NCBI GenBank assembly: GCA_963693365.1
Contig: CAVNZM010000007.1
Span: 10,599,962 to 10,663,961 of the forward strand
DNA length: 64,000 bases
Source: Amoebidium appalachense
Lineage: Eukaryota; Protista; Ichthyosporea
Direction of reading: 5' to 3'
The translations under genes were made by a program, and so were the position numbers. Below, piece after piece: positions 20,031-39,595 of this stretch. A model generated the notes under the pieces. The model was not told the DNA's origin, did no database searches, and saw nothing but the letters and a program-made list of their open reading frames with translations. Within the stretch, counting starts at the first letter, position 1. Every line of letters begins with the position of its first letter.

Positions 20031-21294
20031 ACCCCACCCCCCCAACCCCTCAAAAAAAAAAAAAAAAAACTTTAAAAGTGTGTTGATCTTGATAAATGAT
20101 CAATTTGAAACAAAAACTAACCCTATCCCCGTGCAGGACTACGTACTACTTAGTAACCCTCACTCCCGAGCCCACTATTCTGACCCGCGTTTTTCTCATT
20201 TTTGCTTTGTTCGACCCAAAGGCGGTCACTTGGCAAGCGTCAGCAAAAACAGGAAGACCCTTTGTCCGTATATGGTGCCCCCAGCTGGTGTGCAAGTAAG
20301 CTGGACTGTGTGCAACTTCTTCCTATGTTCCGGGATGGCGTATGTATGTGTAATTGTGTGCAGTGTCATGCACGTGTGATGAGCGTCCTGTGTGAGCGAA
20401 TGTGTGTTACAGTATGGAGGAGGCCCCCCGGGGGGGGAAGGGGGGGGGATTTAGTGCGGGGCATTTCCAAGGGCCCGCCGGGGTATGTAGTTCAAAGGGA
20501 ATTGGGCCGGGGGGGGGGGGGGGGGGAGGAAAGGGGGGGGGGGGGGGGAGGGGGAGGATTCGTGCCAGCCTCTATCTACCAATAGTATACTATTGGCATA
20601 TTACATCATGTGACTGGATATACATACATTTCAAATTGTATTAATTCCTTTCTTAGTAAAGTTTTGAAAGTTAGGTTTTGAGGCCTATTTGTATAGTGAG
20701 TCCGGGAGTGATCAACCAGTGGCAATTTTGCAGTGTCATATGCATATGTACACTACAATATGGAGAGTAGCGGACATGTTATGTAGCTGAACATAAGGTA
20801 CATACCATCAGTGAGCATGTTGCCTGCCAGTTGCATGAGTCATTTGACATGTGAAAGGACACTGTGTGGGCATCACCAAAATTTTGTTTGCAAAATGTCA
20901 GTATGAGGCTTAAATGCCCCGTAAAGTAAAAAATAAAAATAAAAAAAAAATAAAAAAAAAGGGGGGGGGGGGGGGGGGGGGGGGGCAAGGTTCAACTAAA
21001 ATAATTTGATATCAATTGCATGTCAAATAGCACCGGCAAAACACCCACTGTGCAATGATCGACATGTACATAAGAAGGATTTCATTTTTATTGCATGTCG
21101 GATTTAATTGGCATTGGTCTACCAACTACTGGCACATACGGTTTACTTTGGCCTCTAGCCATTCGTTATTATTTATCACATACCATTCATTCGTGCACCA
21201 ATTCGGATTCTAAATTCATACATTAATTAATCATCGCTCAAAGTGTGTGTTTACGTTTACATTGCCCTGGTACCAATTGAATTCTCAAGCTAGC

Positions 21295-22215
21295 TTATTT
21301 CCTGGAAGAAGGGAATTTGAGTGCCGGGGCCGACCCCTTTGTGCTGCAAACACGGGCACAAGTACGGCCCGCACAGCCCATTTGTGTCGGGGTGGTCTTA
21401 CCCTCACCACACTTGGTCGAATACGTGACCGTGAAGTGGCGGCGGCACATGTCCGTAGACGTAGGCACATCAAAATCAAACGACATGCCGGTCCAGTTCT
21501 TGCGTGTGACACACTGGACCACCATGTCCTTGCCTGCTGGGAAGGACTCGAGGCAAATCTTCACACTGAAGGCATCCTTTTCGTTGACGTCATCAGGCAG
21601 GGCACCCCATTTGAAGGCGAACCTCGTTCTGCCGTTAGAAAGCGTTTTGCTCGTGCGCTCCATCTCTCCCAGCCCACCTGGTTTGCGGCAAACGTTGCCA
21701 CCGTTTTGGGACAAGGGAGTGAGCTGCCAGTCCTGCATGCCCCGACCAAAGGGTGCCGACCTTAGGTTGGGGTCTATGCAAGGCACAAAGTGTGTGTCCT
21801 GTTCGTATGCGTTTTTAGGGGCAGGGTCGATGACCTCCAGACACATGTTCTTTTTGGCCAGGCGCAGTTGTCCGTTGGCAAGAGGAAGAACAAAGTCCTT
21901 GTTCTCTGGCGGGGCCACCTGGTCCCACGTGCAGTCGATGACATATGGCAGCATTGTGGTCTGCCAACTGGGGCCCACCACCATCGGGTCGGCCGTCATA
22001 CACTTTCCTGCTTTGGTGCGCAGGCGCGAACCAGCAGGGTAGATCTGTAGAACATCAGGGCTGTTGCAGTCGCCAAGACGGGGCCATGCCGTGTCGACAT
22101 TCACAAGGCACTTGCCCGTGCTGGCTGACTTGAGCACTTGTGGGCTGGCTGGGCTGGTGCTGGGAGCAGCCGCCGCAAGAGAGAGCACCGCAAGAGATGC
22201 AACATATGCGGCCAT
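21295..22215 (-). CDS. Intronless secreted protein: signal peptide, ricin-B (beta-trefoil) lectin-like domain and Cys-rich FN3-like domain
   Basis: Clean 306-aa non-repetitive ORF with a hydrophobic N-terminus (MAAYVASLAVLSLAAAA). Three subrepeats GKCL..C, GKCM..C and NMCL..C end in QDW (QxW). The C-terminal pattern CxxP..FxW..FxV..FTVTYSTKCGEG resembles FN3. Confidence 0.8.
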   Translation of the reverse strand: MAAYVASLAVLSLAAAAPSTSPASPQVLKSASTGKCLVNVDTAWPRLGDCNSPDVLQIYPAGSRLRTKAGKCMTADPMVVGPSWQTTMLPYVIDCTWDQVAPPENKDFVLPLANGQLRLAKKNMCLEVIDPAPKNAYEQDTHFVPCIDPNLRSAPFGRGMQDWQLTPLSQNGGNVCRKPGGLGEMERTSKTLSNGRTRFAFKWGALPDDVNEKDAFSVKICLESFPAGKDMVVQCVTRKNWTGMSFDFDVPTSTDMCRRHFTVTYSTKCGEGKTTPTQMGCAGRTCARVCSTKGSAPALKFPSSRK

Positions 22216-22340
22216 TTTAGAATTTGGCTTTTATGTGTCTACTGAATTAAAGGTATATGCTTACAGAGCTAAGTATGAAGATATAACATGTAACTCGATT
22301 TGAATTGGAAACGATCTGAGGTGGAATTGGGGACGACGGT

Positions 22341-22350
22341 CTTTTTATAT
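22341..22350 (-). promoter_or_regulatory. Candidate TATA box of the lectin gene
   Basis: The minus strand reads ATATAAAAAG about 130 bp upstream of the ATG at 22215. Confidence 0.45.
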
Positions 22351-23468
22351 GACCGCGAGAACATCTGGGCGGTAATTATGTTTTTGATAAGGCCCTAGGG
22401 TAAGCAAACTGATTGGCTGTCGGAAAAACCACAGAACAGTAAAACCTAATTGATCTGCAGTAGCGCGTTTTGGTTGGGTTTCAATCACGGGTATAAATAA
22501 CAGACAATCTTGGCCATCTTTGTGTAATCTCCTTTCGCCAAATTCCGATCCGTTCTCTCACCGACCAACATGGCACGGTGCACAATAAATGGCAACGTGG
22601 CCTACAAATACGCTTAAATAGGAGTTTTTACTAGTTTGTATATCCTAACAAATCTCTTTTGCACAGACTAATGCAATATTCTTGATACCATCCCATGCCA
22701 AGCACACACATGTACACACTGTACAAGGCCAGTGCTGGCCAGTGCGCGCATGCGCCTGGGCCATCTTGAATCCATTGTAACATCGAGTCGGAATTTCCGG
22801 AAAGTCGACATATTGACAACATTTGATATAACGGAGCTTCTTCATTGCCATGTATATTTGCTCATCAGAAAGATTATTATAAAAATAGTTGTTCGAGTTT
22901 GCGAGTATGTAAGCTATTCGAGTCGTGAGTGCAGCTGTGCAGCCCATGCGTGGCAGATGCCATCGGAGTCACACGTGAGTGTGACATGCCGACAACCGCA
23001 CTAGCCAATCGGCTTTGGCAAGATAATGAAGCCAATAGGACGCGGCAAATAGATCTGAATAGACTCTTGATGAACGTTGAAAGGCCCCGCGGGGAAGAGT
23101 CGAAAAAGTTGACGTCACCGTTTCTCATGAGCAGTTGTAAAGCATGTGAAGGCCCTGAGGTGCCCCCCCCCCCCCCCCCCCCCCCCCCCTCCCCCCCCCT
23201 CCTTTCCTCTCCCCCCTGCTCTCTCTCCCTCGCGCGCTCTCCATCGGCTCCCCCCCCCACCTCTCTCTCCCTCTTTATGTGTGTGTCTTCTTCCCCTCCT
23301 CTAACTCGAGTCCCTCGCTCTCTCGCTCTCTCTCTTCTTCCTCCCCCCCCCCCCCCCCCTCCCCCCTACCCTCCCCCCCCTCTCTCTCCCCCTCTCTCCC
23401 CCTCTCCCTCCCTCCCTCCCTCTCTCCCTCCCTCCCTCCCTCCCTCCTTCTCTCCCTCCTGGCAGTCC

Positions 23469-24484
23469 TTTTTAATCGCTGATTAGGACCCAAAGTCCTA
23501 ATTATTTTCGGCGCGCTCCCAGGCCCCTCCCTTATTGTAAACCCCCCAACTGTATATGCCCAATGAGCTTAGGTAATTATAGCCTTTTTTATTAATACGT
23601 CAAGGTCATTGGAGCAACAGCGCTCAAGTTATAAACAGTTTTAGGGGGGAGGGTGAGGCCGTTTTTCGTGCCCTTTGGCGCGATCGTCCAACTGACTGCA
23701 GATAGGGCTGAAAAACATAACAAAAACAAATGAAAAAGGGCCAGAAAACAAATATTATTGTATTATTTGTCCTTCTGAACGGTTTGTTAACCTACATGGG
23801 TGAGTTTCTATGTGCTCATGTGCTCTAACTGTCTAATGTGGAGCGGTTGTTGTGGCCTGGCTCAGCCCAAATGGCAGCCCAGGAAAACGAGGCCCGGACC
23901 AAAGGGGCACCCATTACCATGGGCACCAAGGTGAAGCAAAGGGCAAAAATAAGCCCGAAGAAGCCAAAAAAACGCGTTTTGAGCATTTTAGGATCACTGA
24001 GAACACTTTCCAGCAAGAGCGAAAACGTTTGACCTCCATCATCTTGCTCATGTGCTCCGAGAAGCTAATTGGGACACTTAAAGCTAAAATCCTCGCTAAA
24101 AAGGACTGAAAGTAGCCCTTAGCTAACTTGCCTCAGAATCAAGATGTTGAGGTCGAGATGGTGGCATTTGAAAGCTCATGTGGTCTATTTTTACGTGTGG
24201 GGTTGCTTTTTTACCTGAGAAACACACAAGCGCATCCAGTTTACTTTATATCAAAATTTGCACCAAAACAAAAAGTGTTTCCGCAAAAAGGGCGAACTTT
24301 GCCGGCACAATGCACCCCGAAGATGTCATCGGAGACCCCACAAACCATATATCGCTGTAACGGGCATGACTTCAGCTTCACGTTTCTGCCTTTTTTCCCC
24401 TTTCCCCTTTAGTTGCTATAGTCATATGCCAGATATAGCGCGATATCCGATTTTCAGCTAATAAGGACTCGAAAGTCCTAATTA
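23469..24484. mobile_element. ~1-kb non-autonomous element bounded by palindromic terminal repeats (Helentron/HINE-like or Crypton-like)
   Basis: GCTGATTAGGACCCAAAGTCCTAATTA (23478-23504) and GCTAATAAGGACTCGAAAGTCCTAATTA (24457-24484). Each is a hairpin preceded by a T-run. The interior is non-coding and complex, and it sits between CT/CCCT tracts. Confidence 0.55.
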
Positions 24485-24627
24485 GTCCATGCGAATTATC
24501 ACTCCCCTCCCTCCCCTCCCTCCCCTCCCTCCCTCCCTCCGTCCCTCCCTTCTCCCACCCCCCCCCCCCCCCCCCCTCTCCCTCTCCCTCTCCCTCCCTC
24601 TTCCAGCTCTCCCTCCCTCCCCCCCCC

Positions 24628-24755
<128 letters not shown>

Positions 24756-24789
24756 CTCTCTCTCTCTCTCTCTCCTCTCTCTCGCTCAG

Positions 24790-24833
<44 letters not shown>

Positions 24834-24834
<1 letters not shown>

Positions 24835-25254
24835 GCCCAGTCAAATCGGCCGAGTCAACTTGCAAAACGTAGAATTATTCTGCAAAAAGCAGAATTATTC
24901 TCCAAAAAGCAGAAACATAAGTATGTAAAAGGCAGTATTATTTTGCAAATGAATAATTAAGAAAAATGAAGAATTATTCTGCAAAAGCAGAATAACTCGA
25001 AAAAATCAGAATCACTCTGCTTTTAGTAGAATCGGTCTGCTTTAAGGTTAAGCAGAGCCATTTCGAAACTGAGCATAGTTACAATATCTATTCTGCTTTC
25101 GACAGCAGAATAATTCTGCCTAGTGGCAGTTTAATTCTCCTTTTTACATAGTAGTTCTGCTTCTAGCAGAATAATTCTGCCTTTGCAGAATACTTCTGCT
25201 TTTCGAAGAACAATTCTGCTCGGAGCAAGTTGACTCAGCCGATGTGGTTGGGCC
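24834..25254. mobile_element. MITE with ~30-bp TIRs inserted in a (TC)n microsatellite
   Basis: Left TIR GGCCCAGTCAAATCGGCCGAGTCAACTTGC; the reverse complement of the right end is GGCCCAACCACATCGGCTGAGTCAACTTGC. The AT-rich interior has many GCAGAAT(A/T)ATTCTGC palindromic units. Confidence 0.85.
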
Positions 25255-25318
25255 TCTCTCTCTCTCTCCCCGAGGCTCTCCCCTTCTCTCTATCTCTATC
25301 TCTCTTTCCCTCCCCCTT

Positions 25319-25478
<160 letters not shown>

Positions 25479-25737
25479 CCCCTCTCTGTTTGTGTGTGTG
25501 TATGTGTGTGTGCATGTGTGTGTGTGTGTCTCTGTCTCCCCCTCTCCCTCTCGCCGAGGCTCTCTCTCGATCTCTATCCCGCTCTGTTTCTTTCGCTTTC
25601 TAGATGTCTCTCCCTCTTCTTTCACACACACACACACACACATACACACACTCTCTCTCTCTCTCTCTCTCTCAGAGGCTCTCTTTCTCACTCTCTCCCC
25701 CTCCCTCCCTCCCCTTCCCCTCCCCTCTCTTTCTATA

Positions 25738-25793
<56 letters not shown>

Positions 25794-26021
25794 GTGACAC
25801 TGTGTGTGTGCGGGGGGGGGAGGGGGGGGGGGGGGGGGGAGGGGGGTTGAGCTGCTGATTATGAGCTCGCACTGGCCCAGGGTGCATGGGGAAATCCAGG
25901 CCTCCAGAGTCCTAGGTCCACGTTTGATCTAAAAGGCCTAGGGGGGGATTCGAAGAGGCTTTGAGGGACGGGACAAGGCCCCCTTGCAATTCGGAGGTAT
26001 CATGGCACCCCGGAGGAGGAA

Positions 26022-26050
<29 letters not shown>

Positions 26051-26055
<5 letters not shown>

Positions 26056-26304
26056 GAATGCGGAAGACGGTACGAAGTGCACATACACGATGAGAAGCAT
26101 GGAGTGCAGCACACATGCAAAGGCAAACATTCAAGTACAGCAACATCAGCACTGCGCACTGTATGTGTCATAAGCAGAGCCCATCCTCAGCTGCAGGGAG
26201 GGCCTAAGTCAACAATTGCGTCTGAGTTTCGGCCCCTGAGCCCACGTATATACGACTCTCCAACTCAGACAGCAGCATCAACTGAACTTGGGGGGGCCAA
26301 CCCG
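26051..26304 (+). repeat. Dispersed ~255-bp repeat family, copy 1
   Basis: TGAATGCGGAA..CACATGCAAAGGCAAACATTCAAGTA..GCAGAGCCCATCCTC..CTCCAACTCAGACAGCAGCATCAACTGAACTTGGG. It matches 26519-26662 and the reverse complement of 35128-35375. Confidence 0.9.
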
Positions 26305-26518
26305 TCTTGATCAAAGACGAGCAGGGTTGCTTATGCAAGCAAGGTGAGCAAAACGGTGAAGATGTGTTGGGCAAAACTAATGCAGCATGCAGCAAAAAAA
26401 TGTGTATGTGCTTACAGATGAACGACTGGCAGAGCAAACCAGGCCCGGTTGCATGGAAGTAAAATTATCTCCACACAGTGGTCTGTCTCGGAAAGGACAC
26501 CTCTGAAAGAAGATTGTG

Positions 26519-26662
26519 GGGGTTTGAATGCGGAACACGGCACGAAGTACACATACACGCGTATGAGAAGCATGGTGCAGGACACATGCAAAGGCAAACA
26601 TTCAAGTATGCAACATCAGCTCAGCAATGCACACAGTATGCGTCAAAGCAGAGCCCATCCTC
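26519..26662 (+). repeat. Dispersed repeat family, copy 2 (3'-truncated)
   Basis: Matches the first ~140 bp of copy 1 and ends at GCAGAGCCCATCCTC followed by a G-run. Confidence 0.85.
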
Positions 26663-27307
26663 GGGGGGAAGGGGGGGGTAGGGGGGGAGGGGTTGAAACG
26701 AACGAATTCGTAGGAGATTTACAGGTGACGTCCAGTGTGGGCCAGCCGAACAGACAGCCTGAGAGAGCCTCAATGGATAATTGACCGCCAGGACCAGCCG
26801 GAGGCCGTTTAGTCATTTATATGCTGGTGGTGGTTTCAAACTATTCCAGCAAGACACAGAACGTACAATTACAATGAGGAAGCTCAAGCTCAGTGATGAT
26901 CGACATCTAACTTTGTATTTTGTTTAATGTGAGAATATACCATCCTCGATTCCAACTTTAGAAATTCACAAGGAAGCCTCAGTTCGAAAACAACTAATGT
27001 ATAGAGGTGCATGTATGCTAAGAGAACGCAAGGCAGATGCCCCCCCCCCCCCCTCTCCCCCCCCCCCCCCCCCCCCCCCCTCCCCCCGCGTCTTTTTTTT
27101 CCCCCCTATCTGCCCCTGCGTGGGCGCATGTGTGACTGTGGCCGTTCACAAGCATATGGGCCTGAGAAGGCCCAATGCAAACACAAAAAAAAGGAGAATG
27201 AGTATACACAGCGTCACTTCAGAATGCACCGAGCAGGATCATCAAGTTGCTGCAGAATACTAAAAATAGATACCAAGTAAAGAACACACGTGTTGCCAGT
27301 CACGTGA

Positions 27308-27465
27308 CTATTGCTTCTTTTTGCCGTCCTCCCTGGCCTCCTCCTCCAGGCCTCTCTTCCACGCCGCATACACAAACCCACCAATCAGCACGTGTGCAAC
27401 AGCAACCGCCCCCGCTGCCCCCACCATGTTGGGGTTGAGATCATACTGCTGCACCAGGTCTGTGT

Positions 27466-27521
<56 letters not shown>

Positions 27522-27658
27522 TGTGCATGGGTTTGCATGTGAAGCGAGTGGCAGCGGTCAGGGTGCGTGTAGATTTGGTCGGAGAGCAATGGAAGAGGGT
27601 AGGGAGACGGGGGGGGGGGGAGACTCAGAGAGAGAGGGTGGGGGGAGGGGGGAAGGGG

Positions 27659-27692
<34 letters not shown>

Positions 27693-28300
27693 GGGAGGGG
27701 GGGGAGAGAAAGAAATAAATGGCGGGGTGCGCAGGGGGGGGGGGAGGACGGGGAAGAGAGGGAAGAAAGGGAAGAAGCGGGGGGAGGGGAGCTGGAGGGA
27801 CAGAGAAAGAGGGGATGAGGGGGGATTAAGGGAGAGAAAAAGCAAGAGAGAACGGGGGCGGGTGGAGGGGGGGGGGGGGGGGGGGGAGGGGGGGGGGGGA
27901 AACTGATGTACAAATAAACCGGGCAGGAAACCAGGAAAGGGGGGTGTGTGAGTGGCAGAAGCAAGCAGAGGGTTAAACAAAAGTTAGTTATGGAGCAATG
28001 CGAACATCAAGGAAACCCAAGAAGAGTGTAGGATAATATTAACACATTATAATTAATAGAAAGAAAAGCCAGAGGGGCAAACAAAACAAGAGTAGCAAGG
28101 TGTTTCAGTTGTGAATTAAAAAGCATCGGCCAGATACATGTTAACGGGCATGCACAGCGAAAGCATCTCAAAGGCTGGCTTAGCAAGAGTGGTGCTTGGT
28201 GGAAAGGGGGCTCGTGGAGCAAGATTCGAGGGGGGGGTAGGGGGGGGGGGGGGGGGGGGGGGGGGAGAGAGGGGGGGCAGGGAGAGAGGGGGGGGGAGGG

Positions 28301-28331
<31 letters not shown>

Positions 28332-28364
28332 GAGAGAGAGAGGGAGCGAGGGGGGGGGGGGGGG

Positions 28365-28403
<39 letters not shown>

Positions 28404-28404
28404 T

Positions 28405-28435
<31 letters not shown>

Positions 28436-29317
28436 GGGGGGGGGGGGTGGGTGGGTGAGATGCGCATGTGTGTGTGTACGGGTGTGTGTGTGTGTGTGTG
28501 TGGGAGGGGGAGAGGGCGCGGGGGGGGGGGGAGGGGGGGGGGGGGGGGAGGGAGGGGGGGGGGACGGAGTGGAGCTGTCCTCTAGAAACAAAACACCACC
28601 TCCACCGTTAACTACGATTCTAGGATTTCCTTTTTCCAACCCATGCTACCTCTTATCCCACCACCACCACACATACACACACTAACCAGGTATGTGGGGG
28701 CATAAGGGTAGCTAAAAGCTGACAAGTCAGCAACACAGGATATCACCGATTGCAGTGCATTGTATGAAGGAACGGGAGTAAGGGCCCCGGAAAGGGGGGA
28801 GGGGGGGGAGGGGGTAAGAGGCGGGGGGAAGGGAGATGTGGGTAAGGAAGACGGGAAAACCTGCCAAACACATAACAGGAAGAGAAAACTAGGGTGAACG
28901 TTGACGTGGGGGGGAGGGCCGGGGGGGGGGGGGGGGGGGGGGGGGGTTTCAGTTGAAAACAGCTTAACAAATGAAGGGGATGCAATATCAACCAGTTGGT
29001 TACCACGCACTAGATAGATACCTAATATGCCACGGCATATGGGTGTCATTCAGGTACAGGGAGGAGAAGACAGAAAGCCCCCACAAGCCACGGTGGAGGA
29101 AAAGAAAAGAGGTAGGGGTGAAAGGATCACCATTGGGGAATAACTGAGAGATTGAGCGGGCCAAGATATTTCATGGAGAGCAAGAAGAAGAGGTGAAGGG
29201 AATATAGTGCAAGGCCTTGGGTAGGAGGAAGGAGGGCGGGTGGGGTGGGGGCGGAGGAATAGAAGCAGGAGGACTCTAGTGAAAGAGACAAGCGAAAGGA
29301 TCCTTGCGAGGAGCAAG

Positions 29318-29354
<37 letters not shown>

Positions 29355-29957
29355 GGGGTGTAGGAGGAAGGCGATGAAGATACGAAAGCGCAGGGAAAGG
29401 GGGGAGAACAGGAGCAAGGGGAACAAGGGAGAGGGCGAATAGAAAAGAACCGTGGGAAGCCAGAGGGAAGGGTGGCGAAAGAAAGAGAAATGACTGGGGG
29501 GGGGGGGGGGGGTTGTGGGGGGCGGGGGGGGGGGGGGGGAGGGAGAGAAGGGAGGGAACAAGAGAGGAGAAGGTATGTTTGTGTGGTGCTTGTATGTGTA
29601 TGGGGAGACTGCTAAAGACTTTTACCGAGCCTCTTGTACGCAGCAAAGCAGTTGTAATATGTTCAAATTCAAGCGCACTAGCCCAATGCACACGATGCAA
29701 CGTGAACCTAATTCTTTGTAAGGTAACCAAAGCATGTTACCCACCCTCCCCATCCTCCCCCTCCCCTCCTCTCCCCCCGAGACGCACAATAACACCAAAT
29801 AATACAGCTCTTCCCGTTCACACGCACCTTGGGCGTATCCCTTGATGCCGAAAAACGTTGACAGAGGGGCTGCTATCATGGCCACAGCAAACACCACCCA
29901 CCCCCACGGTGCGGGCCGGTCATAGTCCCCTCTGCAAACCACACCAGTTAGCGGCAT
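27308..29957 (-). CDS. VMA21: V-ATPase assembly integral membrane protein VMA21
   Basis: Exons 29957-29828 and 27459-27308 join in phase 1: MPLTG..WVVFAVAMIAAPLSTFFGIKGYAQD..AGAVAVAHVLIGGFVYAAWKRG..GKKKQ. It has two TM helices, the AVxxxHVxxxxFVYxAW motif and a C-terminal KKxx ER-retrieval signal. Confidence 0.85.
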
Positions 29958-30039
29958 GGAAAGCGCAAGTGCAACGGGCAAGGGGTGTGTTTTGTGTGTC
30001 GTATTATGTGTCGTGTGGTGGGGGGAGAAGGGGGGAGTT

Positions 30040-30104
<65 letters not shown>

Positions 30105-30274
30105 AGGGAGGGGGGGGGGGGCGGTGAGGGCAGGAAATGGAAAAGAGAAGAGAGCAGGGTCGGGAAAAGGGGAGATTTCTCTCACTTTTGTGTTCCCTCC
30201 GCCATATTCTCTGTGTTACTTCAATTATTGAGGTATAAAAGTGCCTTGCTCTATGCTTATTTCAGGAGTCTGCA

Positions 30275-30334
30275 CCGTCACGAAAATTGTTTACAATAGT
30301 GTTGCCGTCACGCAAATTGTTTTCAATAGTGTTG
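30275..30334. promoter_or_regulatory. Tandem 30-bp duplication in the VMA21/ATP12 bidirectional promoter region
   Basis: CCGTCACGAAAATTGTTTACAATAGTGTTG followed by CCGTCACGCAAATTGTTTTCAATAGTGTTG. The repeat is seen directly; the regulatory role is inferred from its position. Confidence 0.5.
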
Positions 30335-30694
30335 CGGAGGCCGGACCGCAAAAAAGTTTAGAGAACAGTTCAACAGTGACGTGGCAGAAGCGTTTGATTG
30401 GCTGGCTGCTGGCGCCTTTCATCTCCCTACACCAAGCCCCCTAATCACATTGTCGTTTTCTCCAATTTACACCACTCTCTCGGTTATGCTAAATAACAAT
30501 TAGCAAGTACTATAAGCCCCCTGAACTCTAGATAGCCACACAGAAACCATGCGGTGCGGCCGCTGGCGGCAGCAACTTTTTGGGCCTTCGGAGACTTTGC
30601 ACCTGGGGGCACGTATTCTCCTTCCTCTCTCGAGCTCTCTCCGAGGCTCTCTGTCTTTCTCTCTCTCCCCCTGCTCTCCCTTTCCCTCTCCGCC

Positions 30695-37907
<7,213 letters not shown>

Positions 37908-39006
37908 GGGGGTTTATGGGTACTGCTAGGGGGGGTCTATGACATCGTGCAATTTGTGGGTCTATAACATGGTGCAATTTGTGCAGGCCACGTGCTCACT
38001 GCTGGTTCTATTGTGTATTGTGGATGTGCACCTGTGGAAGTTGTGGTGGGTGCCGTGTGCGTGCACGTGCAAACGGTAATGCGTACGACACGCATGTATT
38101 GGATGGATAATGTTAGCTGTGCACTGATGGTGTATTCGAATGAACTTGAAACTATTTGTTGATTGGCTGCTATTTTTGGCTAGTGAAGATGTGGTATGCA
38201 TGCAGGCTGGTCCTGCTTGGTGCAAACAATAACCACGTGTTTTAACATACGTATCTGAATACATAAATTGAAGCCTCGAGAATGGTGCTGGGCCGGTCCC
38301 ATAAGCACCCCACTAATCACATGCGCACGGTCTAATATTTAGGTCCACTGGGTGCCTCAAAGCATGCACCGCGCGGCCAATGAGAGGTGCCTTTGGCCCA
38401 TGTGCACGTGCAAAGTGCATTCTGACAGATTATGCAGAGCGGCGCTAGCTTATTGCTATGGGCCGTGTGTGCATGTATATGTGTACCCGATTGCGGGGCA
38501 ACTATTCACAAAGGACAGCCTGCACGTGTTTTCGGGCATCAAGATACTCCGTGAGAACTCCGGAAATATAAAAAATAGCAATATTTATAGTTAAAAAACA
38601 ATAAAAAACAAAATAGGAATATGTGCCAAGTGCATCTGTGCCACGCCTTGCGTGTCATAATGCATGCGCTGTGTACGTGTTCATGCATGTTTGAGTGTCT
38701 GCTTGTCAAACTTTGCCCATGCACATGGGTCGGTGTACATATGCATGGCACACATATTCAATTGTGCAATTATTTCTACCTTTTTAGTTGGTTTTATGCC
38801 CCTACATGTACAGTAATGCCTGTGGGTATTGGTCTTCGATGTGCGCACACCCCCCCCCCCCCCCCTCCCCTCCTCCTCCTCCAAGCCCCCGTCTCTGAGC
38901 TCTAGATCTCTCTCTCCGCGTCATCTTTCGAATATTATGAATGCTCTCTTTGGATCTTTCGAGATCTTTTTCTTTTCTTTTCTTTCTTTCCTTCTTTTTT
39001 TTGCGC

Positions 39007-39063
<57 letters not shown>

Positions 39064-39304
39064 GGGGGAGGGAGGGAGGGGGGGGGGGGGGGGGAGGTGT
39101 TCACACCGGGTGGACACCTCCTTTGATCATATAATATGAATGCACATTGCTTGCAATTGAGTAAACAAAATATTTATTCATTCACATTCGAATTCGTGGT
39201 ATAAATCCCCCTGCGACTATACTAGTTTATTCAGGGGGTGCCATACATGCAAAATTTCGGTTAAGATAAACGGGTAGACACAAATCAGCAACGTTAGAGA
39301 GTGG

Positions 39305-39402
39305 CTCGGCATTCGATTGGTGGTAATAACATGGAGCTCTCGGCATTCGATTGGTGGTAATAACATGGAGCTCTCGGCATTCGATTGGTGGTAATAACAT
39401 GG
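39305..39402. repeat. 34-bp tandem repeat, ~2.9 identical copies
   Basis: Unit CTCGGCATTCGATTGGTGGTAATAACATGGAGCT at 39305, 39339 and 39373 (partial), with no spacers. Confidence 0.9.
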
Positions 39403-39421
39403 GGCGCCTGACTAATGCAAT

Positions 39422-39485
<64 letters not shown>

Positions 39486-39595
39486 CGGGGGGGGGGGGGG
39501 GGGGGGGGCAGGGCTACAATAGAAAAAAAAAAAAGCAAGTTGTCGAATAAGACCCCCCCCCCCCCGGCCCGTTATAGGTTTGATCAGTGCTGGGG

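Noticed and set aside
21317-22042. 241-aa plus-strand ORF
   Set aside because: Antisense shadow of the lectin gene, with no recognisable features.
22645-23150. Short ORFs upstream of the lectin gene
   Set aside because: No recognisable motifs or consistent splice structure.
24471-24478. GAAAGTCC, resembling RNase P/MRP conserved region I
   Set aside because: It is part of the palindromic terminal repeat, and no CR-V/P4 partner was found.
30041-30120. Very long poly-G runs as functional G-quadruplex elements
   Set aside because: Such runs occur throughout the window on both strands and their lengths are unreliable in long-read assemblies, so there is no locus-specific evidence.
39305-39402. 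34-bp repeats as a CRISPR array
   Set aside because: Units are contiguous with no spacers, there are no cas genes, and the context is eukaryotic. The same applies to 40395-40820 and 63913-64000.
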